64,000 nucleotides of DNA from a virus. Position 1 is the first letter of the stretch, and each line of letters opens with the position of its first letter. Position numbers and translations under genes: made by a program. This document shows positions 1 to 10,400 of this stretch, in pieces. Below the pieces are notes generated by a model. That model was not told where the DNA came from. It saw only the letters and a program-made list of their open reading frames with translations, and made no database searches. Location of the stretch: IMG/VR virus record IMGVR_UViG_3300022928_000019, positions 8,884-72,883 of that record; one strand, written 5' to 3'.

Positions 1-10
1 AATAGATGTT

Positions 11-1015
11 TTGGACAGAATGGCTAATACCCAAGTAGATGTTGTTGGGCCTCTTACGGATGCAGCAGAATTTGTAGGAGAGAATGCAGAGATTATTGCC
101 CCGGCTGTAGTTGCTGCTCGTAAACCACTCGGAAAAGGAATTAAGAAAGGTTACGAAGGTCTTGAGAATGTAATTGGGAAAGCGGGAGATGCAGTTGCGA
201 ACACTGCTCCAGTTCAAGCTTTAACTGCACCAGATCCTAGCGTTGGAAATATTGATGATTTAGTTCCAGATGTTGACCCGAATAAACCAGTTGCACAGAG
301 ATGGAAAACTCCTGATGGTGTGGATGTAACAGGGCAAAAGGGAGTTTCTAATGCAAGGCCAGTAAAGGTCAGTAATCTTATGTCTGAGGAATCAGTAGGT
401 AGGGCTAATCAACTTCTAGAGAGCAAGGGATTCAAGCCATTTACTGAACCACTGCCCGATGCAGATCCTAATAAGAAGTTAGATTTAAAACAAAGAGCCG
501 AATGGCAGTTAAGGTTCAGAGATCACATTAACCAACAAGTGGCAAGCGGTCGTACTACTTTAAGAACTAGGTTAATGAATGCCTTAAAGGCAATGAAGCC
601 AGGAATGCCACAGGGTAAACTCGGTAAGTTTTTGAAAGTTCTAGCGCCTGCTGCTACTGCATATGAAGTGATTGCACTTGGTAAGGATATTTACGAGTTA
701 CTTAGTAGAGAAGATCCTGAAGCTGCTCAAGCAGTAAAGGAGCAACTTGAGGTAGAAGAGGCAGGTATTATAGCAGAGGAAAGTATGGCTCCGATCACTG
801 AAGAGATTCAGAACTCTATGGGTACTTCAGAAGAGGTTTCCATGCCAATTGAAGAAATGAATAACTCTGCAGACTTTTCCTCTGGTGAGGCTGGAACTTA
901 CAACCTTCCACCAAACTTAGCCGAGGCGCTAAAAATGGATAATTTAGAAAACTTAGAGAAGAAGGATTCTCTTTCTTCTAACGAGATGGTTGACCTAATA
1001 ATGGGAAGCCAATGA
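11..1015 (+). CDS. Putative internal virion protein (may begin upstream of the window)
   Basis: 334-aa ORF, Ala/Glu-rich, co-oriented and directly upstream of the giant virion protein; no recognisable motif. Confidence 0.5.
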   Translation: MDRMANTQVDVVGPLTDAAEFVGENAEIIAPAVVAARKPLGKGIKKGYEGLENVIGKAGDAVANTAPVQALTAPDPSVGNIDDLVPDVDPNKPVAQRWKTPDGVDVTGQKGVSNARPVKVSNLMSEESVGRANQLLESKGFKPFTEPLPDADPNKKLDLKQRAEWQLRFRDHINQQVASGRTTLRTRLMNALKAMKPGMPQGKLGKFLKVLAPAATAYEVIALGKDIYELLSREDPEAAQAVKEQLEVEEAGIIAEESMAPITEEIQNSMGTSEEVSMPIEEMNNSADFSSGEAGTYNLPPNLAEALKMDNLENLEKKDSLSSNEMVDLIMGSQ

Positions 1016-1416
1016 ATAATGCCGAGTTCAATGAGTGGGCTAAATCTTACCTTAACCAAGTAGAGACAACCAAGCTTAAGCCTTTCAATCCTCAGGAATT
1101 ACTTGATAATCAAGAGAGGATTCAGGATAAAAGAGACAATCATCTTAAGCACAATATTGCTAGTGGGTCTTTAGGTTTAGCAGGGACTGCTCTTGCGTAC
1201 ACCAATCCAATTGCGGGTACTGCCTTGGGGCTTTCGTCATTCCTTCCCCAAATAAAACATAGGGCAGAGAACGCAGGAGACATGAGCTTGGGGTATGGCC
1301 CAAGTATATCTAGTCCAGATCAATTTAAAAACCCCAACGAGAGAGAAGATTACTACCGAACAGATAGTAAATCTACTGCTCCACCAGCACAAATAATTGC
1401 ACCAAAAATGCCATAA
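1012..1416 (+). CDS. Hypothetical protein with glycine-zipper-like hydrophobic segment
   Basis: ATGA overlap with the previous ORF; GSLGLAGTALAYTNPIAGTALGL segment. Confidence 0.55.
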   Translation: MNNAEFNEWAKSYLNQVETTKLKPFNPQELLDNQERIQDKRDNHLKHNIASGSLGLAGTALAYTNPIAGTALGLSSFLPQIKHRAENAGDMSLGYGPSISSPDQFKNPNEREDYYRTDSKSTAPPAQIIAPKMP

Positions 1417-1421
1417 TCTTT

Positions 1422-1443
1422 ACAACCTAGATATCTAGGTTAC
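1422..1443 (+). promoter_or_regulatory. 22-bp junction motif copy
   Basis: ACAACCTA-GATATC-TAGGTTAC, 9 nt before the ATG at 1453. Confidence 0.7.
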
Positions 1444-1452
1444 AATATAAGC

Positions 1453-4400
1453 ATGGCAAGCAGCATTATCGCTAAATATCGGGAGCATTTAGCCTCTCAA
1501 GGAAAAGACTCAACTCAAACTACCGATAAGGATCTAGCATTGGAGTTATACTCTGCACTCACTGAGCAGAAGAAGGACTTCGAGAAGTTTGCCGAGAACA
1601 GAGGTGACCCTGAGTTTGCACAACTTGTAAGAGATGCCTACGAAGAGAATAAAACCTTTAAGGGCAGTGCAGTTGATTCCATACCGGCAGAGTATTACAA
1701 TCGTAAGACAGGTCTGCAGAGAGGTCTATCGGTGGGTGCAGGTGCAGTTGGGATGGACGATACTGCTAGGGACTTGATGCGAGACGCTAATCGAAACGAA
1801 CGCAAAGCTAACAAGTATCAGAAGAATATATTTAATGACATACAGATGATCGATGATCCCATCGATGGTCTTAAGTATGTGACTCAAGCTATAACAAGCA
1901 CTGCAGTAAGTGTCGTACCCGACATGGCTTTATCTCTGATTACAAGAGGAGCAGGAGGCAAGATTCAAAAGAGCCTAGAGAAAGGCGGGAAACTCAAGGA
2001 TGTTCGCAAGAAACTTGAGAAGACCATGGGAGAAGGCTATGGCAAGAACATAGGTACAGTAGCAGGTGCATTTGGAACTTCTGCAGTCGAGAACACAGGT
2101 CATGTCTACGGAGACTTGTATGAGTATACCAAGCTAGATCCTAGCGATGAGAAGTATCTGTCTCCTAGTGAAGCTCGAGCATTATCAATGGTAGGTGGTG
2201 GTGCTTCTGCTACACTAGATTCCGTTCTGCCTGTATGGTTGGTGGGTAAGTTGTCTAAGAGCATTGGGGCAGATGCTGCTCAGAAGGAAGTCACCAAGAT
2301 GTTTAATGGCATGCCCGAGGGTATGGTTCTATTGGCAAAGGGTACTGCTGGGGAGGGCGTGACCGAGGGTCTTCAAGAAGTTGTACAGATGCTCACAGTC
2401 AAGTATCATACTGACGAGGAGTGGTCTCCGCAGGATTGGAACAGATTGATAAATGCATCTGTCATGGGTGCAATTGGAGGTGGTGCAGTAACAGGTGGTA
2501 CGGCTGCTATAGGAAGAATGCTTGAGGCTCCTGAGACTAGACCATGGGATCCTAAGCTTGAGGAGGTGGACACAAAGAAAGAGCGTGAGGAGATAAGGAA
2601 TCGCAATGCTCTAAGGAGATATGCAGACCTTGAGGTCGGTACAATTGTTAGCCCTGCAGGATCCGACAAGCTTGCCCGAGTGGTATCAAAGAATGAGGAG
2701 GATTCAACAGTAGTAGTAGAGTTCAGAGACGGACTCACTCAGCGCATGGATCCAACAAAGCTTAATGTAAAGCAGGATAAGAAAAGGGTAATTAAAGAAG
2801 AAGACCTGGAGAGCTTTTCAGATCAGAAGCTAGAGGAATTAAAAATATACTCACCGAAACTAACCTCAGCTATTGAGAAGGAGCAGGAAAGAAGAAACGT
2901 TGAGGTAGAGAAAGATAACACACTAAAAAGATTAGACACTGCCATAGAGGTATCTGAAAAGGGCAACCAAATCATAGCTGTAGATAGCTCGAGCAAAGAG
3001 CGTATACACTCAGCAACATTTACCGAGGAGGATGGCTTACTTGTACTAGATAACGAGTCTAAGGATAGCGAGAACGATCAAAGGGGAGACCAGGCAAGAG
3101 AACTTATACATAAGCAATTAAAAGCCAAAGCCAAGAAACTTGGTATGCCCTACAAGATTGGGGACGTTATCGAGTATCCACTAAGCGCTAGTGAGATTAA
3201 TCAGATCGACTCAAAAGCTGATTTGCTTGTCGAGTATGGCAGACTTAGGGCTAGATACAATCTACTTGGCAGGAGGGAACCTGAGACTGAAGAGCGTTTA
3301 ATCGCTCGAATGCAAGAACTAGGCATGATTAGCCTAGACCGAAACAACAGGCCAATCCTTGGGGAGGTAGAACTAAAGAAGGGTAGTAATAGTAGGTTAC
3401 TAACTACAAATCCTGAAGTTGCGAGCGTACTGTCGGGTTCAATATTTACCGACTTGGAGGCAAATCTTGTTGGCTATGAAGATACACTTAATGCCTCACA
3501 GATAAACGATAAGTTTATTCTTAAGGAAGCAAAAGCAATGCTAGGAGATATGGCTGAGACCATTGATGGCCTTAATCATTCTGATGTTGCTAGGATTGCA
3601 GAAGGAGCGACCGAGTTATTTAAGAAGCACTACCTCGATGAAGATGGTGGGTGGAAGGCCGGTAAGACAAGAAAGGACATCGAAGACGAAGAGGCAGAGA
3701 GGCAAGAGATTGCCTTGATGCGTAAACAAGAGTCAAAAGATAGATTCGATTTAATCAAACCGCAAGTTGGTAACTTTGTACAAATTGCAAAGGGACAAGC
3801 TCCTCAAAAGATTACAAGTGTAGATGAGGAGAATTTTACTGTTAGAACCACAGAGGGTGGGGATAATGACATATCAGCTAGATCCATAATTAGGCAGGCC
3901 GAAGAAAGACCACTTGAGAGAAATGGTGAGTTTGTTACTGAGCTTAATAGCGGAAAGGTAAGAAAGAAGGTCGTAGTAACAGGCAGTGATACAAATGGGG
4001 AGTATCGAGGAAGGAAGTCACTAACTGTAACTTTTGAGAAGAATGGGGATATCATATCGGTTACCGATTCCGAGAATAATTACTACTCCGATGCCAAGGG
4101 ACTGTCGGTTGATGATGATGAGTTTCAATCTACCTTAGCAAGTATTACGCTCACTAAGGTTGAGCAGAAGGATCCACCAACCCCTAAACCACAGAAGGTT
4201 GCTGATAATATTTTTAGGATCGGTAACACAATCGAGGGTTCAGTGCTTCAAGTTAATGGATCCAAAAAGATTGGTAAGCATGAGTTAGTCCCAGTACTCA
4301 CGGATAATACAGGTCGGGTCTCGGGCATCAAGGTTGGTGATGAAGAACTGACATTCGATGATCCTGTTCCTGCAAGTGAGTGGGTTGAGACTGCTAGGAC

Positions 4401-7400
4401 TAAGCTTAAGGCAGAGGGCATGTATGGAAGACAGACCTTGAAGCCCACTCGTGTATTCAGGAAGCCAAAGAATGAGCTATTGTTTAGGAGCAGAAATGAC
4501 TCCATCATAACTCCTCCAATAAATATCAAAACAGTTGAGGTGGATGAAGAGGATCCTGCGAAAGGGTTCGATGAGCTTTTAGCTGATGTAGATAAAAGCA
4601 AACTTAGTGAGAGCAAAAGCACTAAGACATTGATAGCCCTAAGGTACTTCTACCCAGGGTCTGATCAGCCAGCTATTCTTTTGAGAAGAGTAGCATCCTC
4701 TAAGGGGGATGTTGTCATTAGGGATATGAAGCGTAAGGGCGGTAAGACTTTAGACCCCCTTACAGATACATCTAGTTATTCCATTAAGATGAATAGCGAT
4801 CAATATTATGATGCGCTAGAGGGTGACGAGAGAATTGAGCCAGTAGCATTATTAGAAGTAACAGAAGAGGTTAATGTAAATACCGACTTTGATACGGAGC
4901 AGGAATTTAACTTAGCACTAGATCCATTCTTGGATAAGTCTAAAGTAAGGCTAGACCCAATGGGTATATTGGAGGGCATCGATACTTCTATCGAGCAGAC
5001 GGATGACCCCGAGGTAGAGGAAAGACTTAGACTCCAAAGGAATAGGATAGAGACCATGGTTCAGGATGAAGATGGTCAATTCAATCCACTGCTAGAAATC
5101 TTTGGGTTTGTTCCTGATAATACAATTTCCTCATTCAAGGAAGAGATCGAAAAGAGGCTTCCGGCAATTAAGGATAAGCAATTAAAAGCAAAAGGTAGGA
5201 AGATACTTAAATCCGATCAACTTAGGATACTTGATGTTACTGAGTTCTTGGGTGGTATTGCTGAAAAGAAAGGTTCTTGGCGAGTAGGAATAAGAGCCTT
5301 GGGTGATAATGGTGAAGAGTATCAGTCTTTAGATAAGGTTATTACCACAGCTCTAAATGAATTCTCAAAGAGAGGGTACAAGCCCCGAGCGGAAAAGGGT
5401 ACAGGCACGGATGCAATGTCTCGGGCAGTAACCTCACTGCTAGATGATGAGAGAGTTAGTGATCAGACTGGAGATAAAGGATTTAGTGACTCGGGTGACA
5501 TCCAGGATGAAAATGATATTGAGGGCAGTCAGCTACAAGATTCTATAGAACAGTCAGAGGCAGATGAGGTCACCTTAAATGATGGCTTGGACTCATACAT
5601 GGGAGATGGTGGCGATGAGCAACCCATGGTTATCAGTGATGTGGAAGAGCCTATCGATCAGATTTACGTGGAAATGGCAGAGAATGCCATCGCTAATCCG
5701 AAGGTCAGGCCTGAGGATAAGGAGCAGATAAAGTTTTCACTTTCGGTGTACAAGAACTCTAATCCTACTGAAAGAGAATCTAAGAGAGAAGAGCTTGTTA
5801 TGCTCCTAGTTGAGGCAATTAATATGGCTAATTCTGAGTCTGTTGGTGAGATTGCAAGTACCCCTGATGTAATAGAGAGGGAGATAGCATCTTCAATAGA
5901 GAAGCCTACATCGCCTCCGCCACTAGCCCAAGAGTTGATCGAGGAGAACTCAGTCTCACTTCAGAAGTTTTTTGGTGGTGCAGTCATGGATGGCGAGCCG
6001 ATACGGCTAGAGGCATATATCAATCGAATGCTCAATACCATAGTGGGTGAGGGTTCTGTTGATTCAGATATCTTAGACATGGCTCAGCAGTTAATGTCCC
6101 ATCCTTATGCCAAAGACCTTAATGTAAAGTTTGAGTCTTGGGACAACTTCAAGAAAGGTGTCAGTTCGGACGGTAGGAATGGTAAGATCACGAGGGCATA
6201 TCTGCGTGGCAACACTATTGTTATGGGGCCATTCTATAAGCTTAAGCTAGATAGTGACTTAACTGCTGATGACCATATAAGGGTCACCTTGCTCGAGGAG
6301 ATTGCCCACAGTGTTTTAGACAAGGCAGTAAATGTTGCTGTTCTCACCAATAGGCTAGGAGAGTTGCCTGCTGATGTCAGGGGAGTCATATCCAAGGAGA
6401 AGGCAGACAAGCTATATAGAGAGACTGAAGAAATCATGTCTTGGCTCAGAACCCAAACGGATGGCAGGTACTACCAAGGGCTACTGAATAAAAAAGAGTT
6501 TTGGGCAAACTTTGCAACTAATCCTGACTTCAGGAAATTCTTAAATCGCCCGATGCCACCTCAGTTAAGGCGTAAGTTTCAGTCTAGATTCGAGAGAGTA
6601 ATAGACTGGCTCTTAGATTTAGCTAGCAAGATTTTCGATGCCGACTTCACTAGACAAGCTTCTACCTTAGATGTTATCAGAAAAAGATACCGTACGGTAT
6701 TGCGTACGGCTGATAAGTTAGCAGCAGCTGATGTTGACATATACGCTACAATGAACAGCGAGAGCAGGGGGAACATCAACTCTGACCTCGGAATAAATTA
6801 CAATATACAAGATGGAAAAACCCAAGATAAAACCTTTTCGTCCCTCCCGAAAATTATTGCCACCACGGAAAACCTCAGCGGAAGAGATGGCAAAGATTCC
6901 TTCTACCGTGCCGCTGTCGATAGCGGATACGAAATCACTAGACAAAATCTTAGGAAAAAGCTCGAAGGACTCCCACAAAAAATAGGCACCGAGCATGGTG
7001 CGTACTTTGATCACGATGCAGGTCGTGCAATCAAGGTAACTAGGATTCCTGAAAGCATGATGTCCTTCGGGCATTTTTACGATGTCGGGAGATACATTAG
7101 GGATAAGCACAATATGAATCTCCTCTTTGGGGATGATATTCAATTTGTTGGTGTTAGCCCTAGGGAAGACGGAGATTATGCGATCATCACATCACAACCT
7201 TTAATACTAGGAAGGGAAGCTACATCTGATGAGATCATAGCAGATTTAGAGGGCAGGGGGTACAAGATAACAATGACCCCAAATTGGGAGGACAATGGGG
7301 CTACCCAGGAGATCAGTGCTATTTCCGAAGATGGAACAATTGAACTATCTGATATTGCTCCCAAGAATGTTTTAGTCGATAACGAAACTGGCGAGCTTGC

Positions 7401-10400
7401 TTACATAGATGTTCATGTTGAAGCTCCTAACGATTTAGCATCGAGGGTTGAGTCAGCAGATACGTTCGATCCTGAAGAGGCAAGTGTAGCCCAAGGTACG
7501 ATCCGCGCGCATATGACCGCACTAATGGATCTCGGTAATGTAATTTCTTCTGCTCTAACTGAGGTGGGGGAAGAGTCCTCAATGTCGGTTGAGAAAATTA
7601 AGGAATATCAGGTCGTAAAAGACGGAAGCACACCCGAGGTTATTGCTAAGGTGCTTGCGGATAAGGCAGCCTCGGTTGATGAAGTTCTAGCTCAATATAG
7701 ACAAGCTCTTCCTGAGCAGTCTCAGGCTACTGCAGGCTTAGATAATATCAACAATCTTGAGTCCATAGCAAATAGAGATACTGCTGCGAGAAACCTAATG
7801 AAGTTGCTAGTAGGCACTAGGGAGAGTGCCTCTGATCTACTAGGTTCCTCACTTAAGAATTATGAGAAATTGAACTCTAAGTTAGAGAGTTCATCAGATG
7901 CAATAGCTAGGCTTACATCCCCTAAGACAATGTTTGATGCAAGTAAAACTCAACGCCAGTTAGCCAAGGCAATGAGGGATTCACTTTATAAGCAGAATGA
8001 CTCGGGTGAAGGTTCGAAGGTTAATTCATTTGAGGCTGCATTAATAGCTGAAGGCAAAGATATAAATCTCACGGACTTTAGGAAACTGAGGGGAATGGAG
8101 ATCGATGAGGGCAAGCTATTTTCCCTGTTAGAGAAGCTGTCAGTCGGTTTTAAGGGGGTAAGGTTCATCGAGCAATTAACAGCCGAGGAAATCTTTGATG
8201 CACTTACCCCCATGAGTAATGCTCATTCTCTCGTCACTAATTCAGATCCAGATACAGAGCTAGACCAAGCAGTAAAAATTGGCATTGCCCTAATCCTTGG
8301 AAGGGATCAGAGGAACTCAGTTCCCCGCAGTGCATTTACAACAAGACTAAGGTTAGCTAAAGGAGAAGTCAGTCATGAGATAGCAGATGCAGTTAGGCTT
8401 ATCAAGGATGCTGCAAATGGTAGACCTGTCAGGGATATCAAGGATAGATCCATGAGGTCTATTATTGAAAATGTTAAAAGCATCAAGGCTGACATTGATG
8501 AATATAAAGCTGACCTTGAGAAAGTTAAGGAGGAGATACGAGTAGGAGAGATACACTTAAAGGTATACGATGAAAGAATAGCTGACCTTGACGAGTATTT
8601 TGAAACCTCTGCCCCAGTAGAACTTAGAGAAGGTGGGCAATACTCTATGCTCGAGATTGATGCCGATGGAAAACTTCAAGAAACATTATTTACATTCCGA
8701 CTAGGAAATGGGGAGAGTTCCGAAGAGGCAAAATATACTGCAGCCAAGGCATCTGAACTTAACAAGATAATGCAGACGGAGTCTTACAAACAAAAGTATG
8801 GGGGGACTCCAATGGATAGGTATTTCAAGCAACTTGTTACTGAGCTAAGAAAGCCTAATTTTGGTATTCAGTATCATACTGCTCACGTAGGGTTTCTCCA
8901 TGCAATGGCTCAGTCCCTACAGGAAAGGCTGTCAAATCTTGGCCCTGCAGGAAAGCTAGCAGCCTCACTTCTAAATACATACAATAGAGACTATAATGCC
9001 GAGGTAGGAGCAATATCCTCACAAGGTAAGAAAGTATCTAAGGCAATCAAGAGGCTTCATGGGGAGATGGCAAGGGAGTCGGGCGAGAATTTAAATCAGT
9101 TCATAAAAGGTTTTGGCTCCAAGATGTTCGACTGGTTCAACGAAAGACCTGACCTACAAGGACAAGAGGAGCAAGCGATCAATAAGGTTTGGTCTGACTT
9201 AAAGAAGGAAGATCCAACAAGGCAGTACACTGAGGAAGGTAAGCGAGCCTTGAGGGCTTACCTAAAGCAATGGGGTATACAGAACGATAACTTCAGGAGA
9301 CTCTATAAGAAGTACGACATAAAGGTTGAGGACGAGAATGTACCTCGTGGTGAACTAGCCCTAGGTGTAGATTCTCCTAACCTATTCAGAGACTTCGTTG
9401 AGCAGGGTGTTTTCACAACCCCACGTAAACTTAATCGCACAAAAATATTTCGAGTCGTATCACTTCTAGATAGTAAGTTCGCAGAGAAGGATTACGTAGA
9501 TGAGGAAAGTGATGGTAATTTCTTCGGGAAAGCTCTTGCAAGCATGCAAGAGGCTAGGGCTTCAGGAGTAGACATGGAGGAAAGCTTTCAACAGATCTTC
9601 GGTAAGTCAGTCAGCCCTGAGTTGTCTAGTCTGTTCTTCAGTCCGATTTTCAATGGTAAGTCTGCACACAATATCCCATTTGTATTACAATCGCAGGACA
9701 ACGAGGGCCGGAAGAGCAAGCGCATATTACTTCCCGAAGAACTCCAAAGAGCATGGAGAAATGCAGATGGAAACAATGAGGGTATACGAGTTGCAAATGC
9801 GATCCTTTCTTTATCCAAGATCATTCCTGGTTCTAATGAGGACACCCTATTTAATCTTGTTGGTCAGATGAAACATAGGGCAAGTGCCTTGATAAAAGTT
9901 GAAAGAGAATCTAGGCAGGAGGATACAGCAATCGATAATAATGCTGACCTAATGAGGATGCTTAAGGGTTCTGACTTTCATCATTCGATTCATGGTCGAG
10001 CATTGTACAATGTTTTGCCTGGTGAGTTCTTTGAGTACGAGATGTATGATGAGACATCTTCCTCTCAGCACTTATCAAAAATAATGATGACTGCTCACTT
10101 TGGTCGCAAGGGTGAGAAGCTTGCCGACAACTTCAAGGCAATCAAGGAGCAGTATGTGGCATCGAAGGATGCGTATGCAGATTATGCACAGGCAGCAGGC
10201 GTATCACTTAGGGGAGGAAGACCTCCATCTAGGAATATTTTCGGGTATGCTATTAAGGTTAGGAAAATAAAAGCCGAGATGGCAAACAGAGGTAAGGATC
10301 CGAATACATACTCAGACCTAGAGACTAAAGCTAAAGCTTTTTATGAGGCTGAAAACTCTATAGCTGCAACGAGTGCTGCATTCACATCAAGGAGTTCCAA

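Noticed and set aside
3393-3400. TAGGTTAC inside the giant gene; also partial matches at 13449, 27276, 54945 and 62025
   Set aside because: Single arm only with no partner at 6-bp spacing; not counted as full sites.
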